Virus record (IMG/VR): IMGVR_UViG_3300038674_000709
Coordinates: 1-49,389 of that record
Source: a virus
Lineage: Duplodnaviria; Caudoviricetes
DNA length: 49,389 bases
Direction: 5' to 3' (one strand)
Every line of letters starts with the position of its first letter. Position 1 is the first letter of the stretch. The position numbers were made by a program, and so were the translations under genes. Under the pieces are notes generated by a model, which searched no databases, had not been told where the DNA came from, and was given only the letters and a program-made list of their open reading frames with translations. This document shows, piece after piece, positions 20,034 through 28,798 of this stretch.

Positions 20034-20402
20034 TTATCTGTTAAGCGGCGTCGGGTCTGCATAGCCCGCATTTCTGTCATATAATCCATGCGCACGGCAG
20101 TATGCCTTGCGATGCTGCGGACCGGTAAAAATCGGGTTTCCGTCCGGACTGTATTCGGTGGGAACACCGTGCATCGCATCGATTTTGCGCTTTTGCGGAA
20201 CATCATCCGGGTGTCCGCCGGCGGCATCCGACTCCATCGGCCAATTGCCCGGATGGTGTCGAAACCCGCGATGCTCAGCGCCCAGATCGCGATTCATGCC
20301 CTGACCGCATCGGCAGGTTTTCGGAATCTGCGAATCACGCATGGGGCGATGTTCTTCCGAACAATCCCCGCAATGAGAGCATGTAAAACAATAAACCGGC
20401 AT
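20034..20402 (-). CDS. FmdB-family zinc-ribbon protein
   Basis: MPVYCFTCSHCG...CRCGQGMNR. Confidence 0.75.
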   Translation of the reverse strand: MPVYCFTCSHCGDCSEEHRPMRDSQIPKTCRCGQGMNRDLGAEHRGFRHHPGNWPMESDAAGGHPDDVPQKRKIDAMHGVPTEYSPDGNPIFTGPQHRKAYCRAHGLYDRNAGYADPTPLNR

Positions 20403-20597
20403 TTAAGTTCTGCCTCCGCCGCTTAAAAGCCATCCAATCGTCAAGGTTAACAGAGAGATAACAAGCGTCGCCCAATGAGGCAGACGGTTCTTAACCCGCT
20501 CCAGAACGACATCGATTTTGTCGGTCCGAATTTCGAGTTGTCGTATCTTTTCTGAGTTTGTCGCGCATAAACTGTTGTCTTGATTTGTTGGTGTCAT
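20403..20597 (-). CDS. Small membrane protein (coiled coil + one TM; XhlA/holin-like)
   Basis: 64 aa with WATLVISLLTLTIGWLL hydrophobic helix; AAGGAG SD. Confidence 0.55.
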   Translation of the reverse strand: MTPTNQDNSLCATNSEKIRQLEIRTDKIDVVLERVKNRLPHWATLVISLLTLTIGWLLSGGGRT

Positions 20598-20607
20598 CCC
20601 AATCTCC

Positions 20608-22392
20608 TTACCCTGTCGGCCTGAACACGGAAGCGGCCTCGCTGGCTTGCGGTTTTCCGCCCAAAAGCGCCTGCATCATGATTTGATCTTTCCCCGGCTG
20701 GGTTGCACCTGGGCGGTTTACGCGTTCATAGGTGCGGGACGTAACCGGCGATTTCTGCGGCATTTCACCCACCGGCTGCGGCTGATGCTTCGGGTCTGCA
20801 TAAACCAGTATTTTGTCCAGTTCCGGAAGATTTCCCAACTCGCCGATGATGCGAAACAGCATCTCAAAATCCACGCCGATTCCCATTTGGCCCATCAGAG
20901 GCATCAGCGGCATCAGCATCTCGGCAAAAATCGTCCGAAGGGCCTGAAGTTTGGCCTCCGGCCCCTGATGCTGCAGCGAATACGGTTCAATCGTGATGTT
21001 GTATTCAAAAAAATCGTTTTCGTTGCGTTCGTCATCAGGTCCGAACTGATCCGGTACGGTCACATCATCAATAAAGGGAATGCGTTTGACCACCGGCACA
21101 TTGATCAAAGGGTCCGTCCAGATATAAAATGCAAGAGCTTTGCAAATACCGGTAACCCACTTGTACACTTTCTTCTGCATGCGCTGTATGCGCTGCGATG
21201 CCCCAGCCGACAGAAGATTGTCCTGTGTCGCCGTATCGCTCTGAGGACCCAAGCCGCCGAGGATTTCCAGGTTTCCCGCCATATAGCTGAACAGGTCTTT
21301 GACCTGAATCAAAAACGCCAGGTTTTCACCTTTAACGCCGCCGAAGTTGTATTCTCTGGCCTTGTCGGGATTATCCATCGGAACAGCCTGCCCATCGTCG
21401 GCATCCACGATCTTTTCGCCGTCTTTTTCCGCTCCGCGAGCCACTCCCAGCAGAGTCTTTTGACGCTCGGCCTGACGGCCGAGCTTGCGAAACAGCCGGT
21501 TTGCCAATTCGTGAAGGTCCGTCCAAATCGCCGTCAGACTCAATGGCATGGTATTGCCTTCCACGAAGTTAAAGCCGAGCAGGTGGTACGGCCCGGTCTC
21601 CACGCCGTACCAGTCGGTCACTTTAAGAACCTCTCCGAACGGATCGCCCGGATCGCCGCTGTCCAGACAGGTAACCACCTTATTCTGCCTTGGCAACCAA
21701 ACATCCCACAGGAAAACACGCTCTTCAAATTCATGCCGGGACGGAGTTTGCGGATCAGTGATACTGTGCACCTTTTCATCATTGCCGTGCAGTTCACCGG
21801 AAGCAATCAGCTTATCAGCTTTATCTTTGAACATCACTTTGGCGTGCTCCATCGTGACACAATACCGGTCGCCCATGAATTGCGCCTGCATGAGGTCATC
21901 TACCGTCATATCATGCACCCAGTCATCCAGCGAGACGGTCTTGGCAAACGGCTGGCCGCTGTTGTGCTGAATGCCCAGGTATTCCACCTGCGTAAGATTC
22001 AGCCCGCATTTGACGATTCCCATTGAGAACATCGCACTGTTGACGGCTTTTTCAAGGGTTTCATCGAGATTGATTTCGTTGACAATCAAGTGATTAACCG
22101 CCAGTTTAAGCCGTTCTACGATCTCCCGAAGCCCAGGAATGCTCGTGTGAATCGCCACGCGCGGGGCATTGGCAATCAGACGCTGAAGATAGATGTTCAG
22201 CGCCAGTTCGATCAGATTAACGGGGACTCGATCTTTTGCCCCGTTATCGGAATAGTGCTTTCCGACGTATTCCTCAATGGCCCTCTTGCGGTTGCGCCGG
22301 AACGGTTCAAGCTGGCCGTAGCTGTAGCCTGCCGCTTGAGACAAGTCCGCCACGCTGAAGCCATAACTGTTTTTTTCTTCCGTATCCCGCAT
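20608..22392 (-). CDS. Portal protein
   Basis: ~594 aa immediately after the terminase; 'VPVNLI', 'DTATQDNLL' (TAT motif of P22-like portals), Q/P-rich tail. Start taken at MRDTEEK. Confidence 0.8.
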   Translation of the reverse strand: MRDTEEKNSYGFSVADLSQAAGYSYGQLEPFRRNRKRAIEEYVGKHYSDNGAKDRVPVNLIELALNIYLQRLIANAPRVAIHTSIPGLREIVERLKLAVNHLIVNEINLDETLEKAVNSAMFSMGIVKCGLNLTQVEYLGIQHNSGQPFAKTVSLDDWVHDMTVDDLMQAQFMGDRYCVTMEHAKVMFKDKADKLIASGELHGNDEKVHSITDPQTPSRHEFEERVFLWDVWLPRQNKVVTCLDSGDPGDPFGEVLKVTDWYGVETGPYHLLGFNFVEGNTMPLSLTAIWTDLHELANRLFRKLGRQAERQKTLLGVARGAEKDGEKIVDADDGQAVPMDNPDKAREYNFGGVKGENLAFLIQVKDLFSYMAGNLEILGGLGPQSDTATQDNLLSAGASQRIQRMQKKVYKWVTGICKALAFYIWTDPLINVPVVKRIPFIDDVTVPDQFGPDDERNENDFFEYNITIEPYSLQHQGPEAKLQALRTIFAEMLMPLMPLMGQMGIGVDFEMLFRIIGELGNLPELDKILVYADPKHQPQPVGEMPQKSPVTSRTYERVNRPGATQPGKDQIMMQALLGGKPQASEAASVFRPTG

Positions 22393-22411
22393 CGCTTTAT
22401 CCTGTGGGCGC

Positions 22412-22458
22412 AAAAAAAGACGGCACACAGATGTACAGGCACCTGTATGCCGTCTTTT
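22412..22458 (-). terminator. Rho-independent terminator/attenuator in the portal 5' leader
   Basis: AAAAGACGGCATACAGGTG-CCTGTA-CATCTGTGTGCCGTCTTTTTTT: ~19-bp stem with U7. Confidence 0.8.
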
Positions 22459-22537
22459 GATTTGCGTTAATCGCCTCGTCGGGGATCAGCCGATTCCGCG
22501 AACCCTATATGTTTGATCAAAGAGCCACTTTCACAAG

Positions 22538-22566
22538 AACGTAATTTTTGTTACGTCTAAAGTCAA
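22538..22566 (-). promoter_or_regulatory. Sigma70 promoter of the morphogenesis operon, with operator
   Basis: TTGACT-17-TACGTT; CGTAA-N6-TTACG at 22540-22555. Confidence 0.7.
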
Positions 22567-22574
22567 GAGAAATA

Positions 22575-24503
22575 TTACCAGAAGTCCCGGCAATTTAGTT
22601 TTCTCAGCCGTTTGGCTGAACGGGCGGCAAAGCAGTTTTCCCGGTCCTGTGTCCTGTGCGGGCTATCGGATGCTTTGATCACCTCAAACGCTTTATTCAA
22701 CAGGGCATCAGCTATCACACGGTCCCCGTGACTGCTTTTCGCGCCAGAAGGATCGATGTTATTGTATTCCGCCGAATGCTCGACGGTGTTGCGGGTGGTA
22801 TAAATGTAGCTCATACATTCGTCAATTGCATCCGCAGACCGCTGAATAAAACTTTCTTCCTTTAAGGCCCGTCGATACGCCCCCAATAACCGCCGCTTGG
22901 GGTCAGGATTCAGGAAAAAGCCCGGTTTGTCCGTTGCTTTGTTAAATAGTCGGTCTTCGGCCCGCTGGTAATAAAAATTGCGATAGCCCGCCTCGACCAC
23001 AACCGTGCTGAAAATGGTTCCCGGACCCCCGCCGTCCCAGATCATATACGCTTCATTAAACCATTTTGCCAATGCAACAGCCATTTTCCCGTAGGATTCG
23101 GGCATAATCCAGGGGTTGACATACTCTGCGATCTTCTCCCGCGTAATCAGATCACCCACTGAAGCTGTCGAATTGCTCGCGCCGGTTCCATTGGAAATAT
23201 CAAACGCCGCTGCCGCCTGAAGCGAGCGCGGCGGTCTGCCGTCCGCGCCCGGCATAAACCATAGCCGCAGGGGACCGCCGTCCTGTTCAATAAACTCCAG
23301 CGGCTCAAGCGTATCCGGATCATACTCAAGGGTTCCGGTCAGCATGGGAGTTTTGCAGTAGGTTTTCTTGATGCGGTCAATGATTTCCCCCGAAAAGAAC
23401 ATCGAATCCGATGCGAACGGGTCCATGTCCAGTTCCTGAGCGATTTCCATCGGGTGCGATGACCGATCACACTCAAAGTCATACCACGGAGATCGAAGTT
23501 TGCCATCGAGCCGAAACGGATATTCCTCCGGAAACTGCACGACCGTATCCGTGCCGTAGAGTCTGACTTTCCCCCGAAAATTCTTGTCGTAAAGGTGCAA
23601 TTTACCATTGCGATAACAGTATAAGCCCCGCTGCTTGACCGGATGCAGGGTCCAGTGCAGGACCATCTTGGGCGTAATACCGTCATTCATTTTGCGGTAA
23701 AAGGCGTTATAACTGCCCTGATGTGTGGAGTTGTACAATCGGCAGTTGGTTACGTGCTGTGTGGAACTCATCAGGGCATCGGCATCCCGAATGGCGGCCA
23801 TCTCATCGATCAGCATGGACGTACAGCGGCCTCCGCGCGTGGCATCGCCGGTTGTCGAGCAGCCCGTGATTGTCGAATCGGTAAACTCATTTTTCAGCAG
23901 TAAGTGATTGTATTTAATCCTCGGCTTCATCCAAGAGGGTAAATGCTTGAGAATAAACAGCAGTTTCCAGAACAGACAATCCGGATCGTCGGTCTTATCA
24001 ACTTTGTCTTCAGTCTCGGAAATCAGGCGAAACGTCTGATACTCATGAAATAACAGCCGGTGCATATAAACAATCAGGTACATCCATGAAGCGCCCATAT
24101 CGCGGCTTTTTTCACTGCCCTGGTCCTGCCCTATATCGATGGCATTGGAAATCTGATCCAGCGTCACATCCTGGAACATATATGTAATAAACGGCACAAC
24201 GGTCGATTTCGGGATCAGCCGAGGGTCAAACGTGTAAACAAACAGATTGACCCAAAACAGCATATCGCGCCTGCACATCTGCCAAAGCTCCTGCTGAAAG
24301 GGAGCATTGTTCTGCGCCTTTTCGAGCAGCCGCAGCCGGTAAGCGATATTACCCCTGCGGGTCTTGATCTGCGGATTCGATTTCAAGATCGCCGCATAGC
24401 AGGGATATTTCGTCGCCAGCGTCCGATCCCATTTCGGACGCAAGCCGCTCAAGTAACTCAAGATTTGATCGACCGTCATCATTGCGTTTGCGTGAATCCT
24501 CAA
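22575..24503 (-). CDS. terL: Terminase large subunit (start uncertain)
   Basis: EKSRDMGASW Walker-A variant, MLIDE Walker B, 'FDISNGTG' and 'HGDRVIADAL' nuclease motifs. Confidence 0.88.
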   Translation of the reverse strand: MRIHANAMMTVDQILSYLSGLRPKWDRTLATKYPCYAAILKSNPQIKTRRGNIAYRLRLLEKAQNNAPFQQELWQMCRRDMLFWVNLFVYTFDPRLIPKSTVVPFITYMFQDVTLDQISNAIDIGQDQGSEKSRDMGASWMYLIVYMHRLLFHEYQTFRLISETEDKVDKTDDPDCLFWKLLFILKHLPSWMKPRIKYNHLLLKNEFTDSTITGCSTTGDATRGGRCTSMLIDEMAAIRDADALMSSTQHVTNCRLYNSTHQGSYNAFYRKMNDGITPKMVLHWTLHPVKQRGLYCYRNGKLHLYDKNFRGKVRLYGTDTVVQFPEEYPFRLDGKLRSPWYDFECDRSSHPMEIAQELDMDPFASDSMFFSGEIIDRIKKTYCKTPMLTGTLEYDPDTLEPLEFIEQDGGPLRLWFMPGADGRPPRSLQAAAAFDISNGTGASNSTASVGDLITREKIAEYVNPWIMPESYGKMAVALAKWFNEAYMIWDGGGPGTIFSTVVVEAGYRNFYYQRAEDRLFNKATDKPGFFLNPDPKRRLLGAYRRALKEESFIQRSADAIDECMSYIYTTRNTVEHSAEYNNIDPSGAKSSHGDRVIADALLNKAFEVIKASDSPHRTQDRENCFAARSAKRLRKLNCRDFW

Positions 24504-25053
24504 TCACTGATTTCGATGGTATGGTTTTGGCATAGATCGACTTGTAGAAGTCGGTTTGGTTTTCCTGGCTGCGCTGGACATGCAGCAGATAAAAGTAAGC
24601 GCCCGCCGATGGCGAATCTTTCGGGTCCGGGTCTTTCAGGCCGATATTGTTGAACACATAATCCACCACGTCCAAAGGCGAAACGTCCTTTGCACAATGA
24701 TTGAAGACGGCCTTGTCCAGTTTGCCGTCTTCGATCTCCTCCGAGTCGATCTGTTCCTCCGGCTGTCCCGGAAACACCACCGCCGCTCCGCCGGCCCGCT
24801 TGAACAATAGACGGTCAATCTCCGCCTGGGCCGCGCGGTTGGCCTGATCCTGATCGACCCAGTCTGTGGCATCGGTGAAGATGTCGCGGTATTTTTCCCG
24901 CGCCTGCGAAAAGTAGTGCCACACCCGCTCGGTCACATACGCCTGCTTTTTGGCAGCATAGTTCGGAGTTCGCGGAGGAATGTACTTGCCGATACCCGCA
25001 TCTTTCATCTCCTGAATACTCAATTTGATTCCGCCGTTTTTCATCTTTGCCAT
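24349..25053 (-). CDS. Probable terminase small subunit
   Basis: 234 aa directly upstream of and overlapping terL; own promoter. Confidence 0.55.
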   Translation of the reverse strand: MAKMKNGGIKLSIQEMKDAGIGKYIPPRTPNYAAKKQAYVTERVWHYFSQAREKYRDIFTDATDWVDQDQANRAAQAEIDRLLFKRAGGAAVVFPGQPEEQIDSEEIEDGKLDKAVFNHCAKDVSPLDVVDYVFNNIGLKDPDPKDSPSAGAYFYLLHVQRSQENQTDFYKSIYAKTIPSKSVIEDSRKRNDDGRSNLELLERLASEMGSDAGDEISLLCGDLEIESADQDPQG

Positions 25054-25074
25054 TCAGCCTTTCATCTGCGGGTC

Positions 25075-25103
25075 ATCTTAAACCGTAACTTTTGTTACGT
25101 CAA
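25075..25103 (-). promoter_or_regulatory. Sigma70 promoter of the terminase genes, with operator
   Basis: TTGACG-17-TAAGAT; CGTAA-N6-TTACG at 25084-25099. Confidence 0.75.
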
Positions 25104-25701
25104 CACCTGCGGTGAATTTTCCAGAAACCTGCACGCAAGGCGGCTGTTTTTGTGGACACAACAAGTCCACACATAGGAATGATTCCGAATAAGAATATTT
25201 AGCGAGCCGCTTTGTCCTGTCTATGAAATTGCAAGTCTTTTCCGCCGAGGTAAGTAGGATTCCGACCGCCGAAGCGGTCGGGGGCGTGGTAAAGATTTCG
25301 GCTTGCGTGGGGCCCTCCTTTTTCTGCTGCCGCTGCCCTGGCTTGAAAACCCTTCTAACTGCTGTAATGGTCCGTTCCCACCATCACGCCAATCTGTGTT
25401 TTTAGGCCAATATAGCGGGCGTACATGCTCCTCCTTGTGGGTATTAGATATTTAGGTACAAATACAGGCTTGTTTTACCCCTATTTCCCCCTTCTTTCGA
25501 GGTAGCTTGATGTCGGTTTATCCCTATGCCGCTGGAACGGATTTGACTTCACCCCATAGCGGTGTGAATAGGGCCATAACAAGGGCCAAATAGCGGGTTA
25601 ATGTCTTGCTGCTTGCGAATCCCCTTTGGCATTCTCTGGTATGTCTTACCCTCATTAGTGTGCTGGCTGGGTTTTGGCTAAACTGTCCTAAAAGTCTAAT
25701 C

Positions 25702-25755
25702 CGTAAATTTATTTACGTTTTTTCCCTTGACCTGTTGGATGGCACTTGGTAACTT
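25702..25755 (+). promoter_or_regulatory. Operator and sigma70 promoter of the plus-strand early operon
   Basis: CGTAA-ATTTAT-TTACG 25702-25717; TTGACC (25727)-17-TAACTT (25750). Confidence 0.7.
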
Positions 25756-25804
25756 GTAATTGTGGGTTGACAACTAACACTATTACAATCGAAAGGGTTA
25801 TTAA

Positions 25805-26041
25805 ATGCTTATCGTCCACCAGCAACTGACAAACATCCAAAACAAGGTATTCGCAACTACGGGCCTGTACAGTGAGCGGCTGTCTGACGGGTCGGAGGTC
25901 TTCAACGTGGTTACGACTATCGGCTCTCTGCGGTTTGAGAACGGCTCTGCAACGGACATGAATTCCGGAGTCAAACTGTACACGCTGACCAGTCAAAGCC
26001 TTCTGAAGTGTTTTCACGACTGCGAAATTGATCACCTGTAA
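25805..26041 (+). CDS. Hypothetical early protein
   Basis: 78 aa, GAAAGGGTTATTAA before ATG. Confidence 0.6.
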   Translation: MLIVHQQLTNIQNKVFATTGLYSERLSDGSEVFNVVTTIGSLRFENGSATDMNSGVKLYTLTSQSLLKCFHDCEIDHL

Positions 26042-26066
26042 ACACTGGCCGAAAGGGGTTATCACT

Positions 26067-26477
26067 ATGAAAACGATCACACTGAATGAATTCAATTCAC
26101 GATGCGGCGATGTCTGGACAACCATCTATATCAATCCTGAGTATGTCGGACTGCGTACCCTGCTGGACTACGATGAACGCTATGGCACGGTACTGCTGAT
26201 TGAAGGATTGTCCTTTGTCATTTCCGATAGTCCTGTTCGCCGTCTTGTTACGGGCGAATATGCTCAAAGGACCGTTGATTATCTGCTGGCCCACCGCATT
26301 AGCGGCCAGTCTTTCCCTGAACCGCGCTGCGCAGGGTATTTTCTGGAAAGCGCAGGCGTTTTTACCGCCTTTGACAATACTACCGGCGACTGCTGGATAG
26401 AAAGCTTTGACAATGAAGCCGATGCCAGAGCTTACGCACTGGGCGACGATTCCGTACTGGATAAGCTGGGAATTTAA
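26067..26477 (+). CDS. Hypothetical early protein
   Basis: MKTITLNEF start with GAAAGGGGTTATCACT RBS; C-terminal 'FTAFDNTTGDCWIESF'. Confidence 0.65.
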   Translation: MKTITLNEFNSRCGDVWTTIYINPEYVGLRTLLDYDERYGTVLLIEGLSFVISDSPVRRLVTGEYAQRTVDYLLAHRISGQSFPEPRCAGYFLESAGVFTAFDNTTGDCWIESFDNEADARAYALGDDSVLDKLGI

Positions 26478-26531
26478 CTAAAAAACTGCTGGCGTGTGCT
26501 GGCTTAATCGCACTTGAGAAAGGGTTATCAA

Positions 26532-27038
26532 ATGATGAACGTAGAAAATCTGATGTTTGGAAAAGCACTGCATCTGATGGGCAAAAATGAATCGCGGACA
26601 ATGTTCACACTTCTGGACGGCATGCGCAAACTGGGCAGGGAAGGACGGTATCTCAAAATCCACAATGAACCCTATATGCCGCTGACCATCGAGCTTGTTC
26701 AGGATGGTGTCAGGGGCTGTCCTGAAGGAACAATCATCCTCAGCATTGCGCACTACGGCCAGATGAACGGGGACTTAATGGCCGATCCCGAAATGACTTT
26801 CTTGGTCTGCGACAATGAGAAAACCCGGTACATCCGGCCTGTCTCATGGACAAATCACTACGCAGGGCGGCATGATGAATGCGCGGCATGGGCTGAAGAC
26901 GGGTCAATCAAAGGCTGGTACAACCGCCGTCTTGACTCTATGCTCTCATTTTCCAATATATGGATGCGCAATGTCAAAGCGCAGGGATTTCTCTGTATTG
27001 AGCAACTCATGAAGGATGAAACCGCCGCCTCTGCCTGA
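26532..27038 (+). CDS. DUF1249/DUF6908-like protein
   Basis: 'LKIHNEPYMPLTIE' and 'SIAHYGQMNGDLMADPEMTF' motifs; GAAAGGGTTATCAA RBS. Confidence 0.65.
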   Translation: MMNVENLMFGKALHLMGKNESRTMFTLLDGMRKLGREGRYLKIHNEPYMPLTIELVQDGVRGCPEGTIILSIAHYGQMNGDLMADPEMTFLVCDNEKTRYIRPVSWTNHYAGRHDECAAWAEDGSIKGWYNRRLDSMLSFSNIWMRNVKAQGFLCIEQLMKDETAASA

Positions 27039-27039
27039 A

Positions 27040-27107
27040 TGTCGAAACCCGTCCTTCAGGACGGGTCTGCGCTTCACTGGCTATGAGCGCACCGATGAGA
27101 CAAGCCG
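27040..27107 (+). ncRNA. Type II hammerhead ribozyme (variant core CCGAUGA)
   Basis: TGTC-GAAA-CCCGTCC/GGACGGG-TC^-TGCGCT/AGCGCA-CCGATGA-GACA; loop I TGGCT can pair with the 3' AGCCG pseudoknot. Confidence 0.8.
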
Positions 27108-27133
27108 CAAAACAACAATGATAAGGGGTTATC

Positions 27134-27784
27134 ATGAAAGCAAAAGAACGCGAAAATCTGGTTTTTAGCTGGGACGTATCCGACATCGTCGATAATGAGG
27201 TACGCTATCGACTGGAAAACTGGGAAGCGGGAACATGGGGGATTGAATCCGACGAGCCTGACGAAGAGGCAATCCGAAATGCCGTGTACAATTCATCATA
27301 CTTCTTTGAGGATGAATGGCAATTCCTGATTGATGCTTTGAATGAATTTCTTGGAGAACACGACTTTCTTAACGAGCCTCTGCTGGCAACCGTACGGAAC
27401 TTCGGCTGGCGCATGCAGGATGGGTTCAAAATTTTCACGGCTAAAAACGCCAAAGAGTTTCTTTGGGGATTACTGCCGAATACGGACTGCACGTTCTTTA
27501 TCCATTTCAAAGACGGTGAGCTTTCCATTCAAAACTACCATCACGACTCGCCCACCGGCAATGAGTGGTACTATGTCAAGCGGCTGCGGCCTGCCGTCGA
27601 GGAATCGGCAAAGAATAACTTCAAGAACGTATTCCGTTTAGTCCGCAAGCTGGTGTATGAGTTTAGCTGGTACTGCAATACGGAATCATTCAGATAATGC
27701 GGGGGCCGCTGTCCTACCCTTCAGGAGACAATTGACAATGCCCTGAATATGATCTCGCTGGAAGACCTCTACCGAGAACTCTAA
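27134..27784 (+). CDS. Hypothetical acidic early protein with internal in-frame TAA (27695-27697)
   Basis: 187 aa to the TAA, then 28 more in-frame codons to a TAA abutting the second hammerhead. Confidence 0.6.
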
Positions 27785-27855
27785 GCCGAAACAGGGGTTT
27801 TTCCCCTGTATGACCGGTATAGAACGTCTATCCGGCACTGATGAGGCAATGACGT
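27785..27855 (+). ncRNA. Type II hammerhead ribozyme (canonical core)
   Basis: GCC-GAAA-CAGGGG/CCCCTG-TA^-TG(A)CCGG/CCGGCA-CTGATGA-GGC; loop ACGTC pairs with GACGT 27851-27855. Confidence 0.85.
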
Positions 27856-27873
27856 ATTTGAAAGGATTGTCCG

Positions 27874-28155
27874 ATGGGCATAAGAGCGTACAGAGTAAAG
27901 CGAATTAAATATGCACAAGAGCCGCTGTTCAAAATCGGAGAACATCCGAACGTGGATTTCTGGATTGACCTGAATTGCAGTTTCGGATCGCTGAATGCGG
28001 CTTTTGAGATTGACAGGGATCTGCTGGAAGAACTGCTCAGCGACATCGAGCAGGCCAAAAAAGAACATGGTTTTGATGATGGCGATATTGACGTGCTGAA
28101 AGCCATGCTCGAAGAATGCGGCGACGAAGATTGTGTTACTTACCACTGTTTTTAA
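27874..28155 (+). CDS. Hypothetical acidic protein
   Basis: 93 aa, GAAAGGA RBS. Confidence 0.6.
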   Translation: MGIRAYRVKRIKYAQEPLFKIGEHPNVDFWIDLNCSFGSLNAAFEIDRDLLEELLSDIEQAKKEHGFDDGDIDVLKAMLEECGDEDCVTYHCF

Positions 28156-28168
28156 CTATGAAAGGACG

Positions 28169-28621
28169 ATGTATATGTACCGGCAAACGATTACTGAAGC
28201 ACTGCAAATGATCAAGCAGATTGCCTATGCGCAGGATGAAACAGGCAACCAGATTCACACCGATGGGATTATCCTGCTGTTGGAACAAGCCTGCGGCAAG
28301 CTGGAGAGGCCATTGCATGAAGGCGGCCTGCGCCCGATTGTACTGCTGATGTCTCCCGCACAAATCAGCAAACTGCAAAGATTATGCGTTGATGGCGGAG
28401 AAACCGAACAGGATTATCCGGCAATGGCACAGGTCTTGTTAAACGTGGCGATAAGCAGAGAACCGCAACGGAAAATGTCGCTTTCAGACCTTCGCGACGG
28501 CGGCGATTGTCCCCAGTGCGGGGCCGAAGAATCCATCGTCTATCATCGGGACAGCGGCAGAGATGATGAACACTATGAATGTGAAAAATGCGGCGAAACG
28601 TGGTACGTTGGGATTTTATGA
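28169..28621 (+). CDS. Hypothetical protein with C-terminal zinc ribbon
   Basis: CPQCG...CEKCGETW; GAAAGGA RBS before ATG 28169. Confidence 0.65.
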   Translation: MYMYRQTITEALQMIKQIAYAQDETGNQIHTDGIILLLEQACGKLERPLHEGGLRPIVLLMSPAQISKLQRLCVDGGETEQDYPAMAQVLLNVAISREPQRKMSLSDLRDGGDCPQCGAEESIVYHRDSGRDDEHYECEKCGETWYVGIL

Positions 28622-28705
28622 AAAAAGCCCGCCGATTGCGTTGAATCGACGAGCCACTTTGGGTTATCACGCCGTCCAGTGTATCTGCCGGACGGCACTT
28701 GTCAA
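28621..28705 (-). ncRNA. Predicted antisense sRNA gene (promoter, ~50-nt RNA, terminator)
   Basis: TTGACA (28705-28700)-16-TACACT (28683-28678); transcript starts about GUGAUAACCC (28670-28661), then hairpin GCTCGTCGATT/AATCGGCGGGC and U6. Confidence 0.65.
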
Positions 28706-28798
28706 GGACTAAGACATGGATTTTGGATTATGGATCATATTGGTCTTACTAACTTGGGCATTTTGGAAAAAATGCTGGAAAGGATAAGGGTTATCACA

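Noticed and set aside
11963-22026. Long plus-strand ORFs 11963-12904, 18043-19155, 20647-22026
   Set aside because: Antisense to nozzle, capsid and portal genes; composition typical of reverse-frame artefacts.
27695-27735. Possible twister ribozyme (TAATGC...GTCCTA)
   Set aside because: Lacks the AAGC segment and pairing needed; better explained as coding continuation.
28679-28798. N-terminal extension of ORF 28679-29005
   Set aside because: Overlaps the predicted sRNA promoter; the RBS motif and ATPase N-terminus point to ATG 28799.
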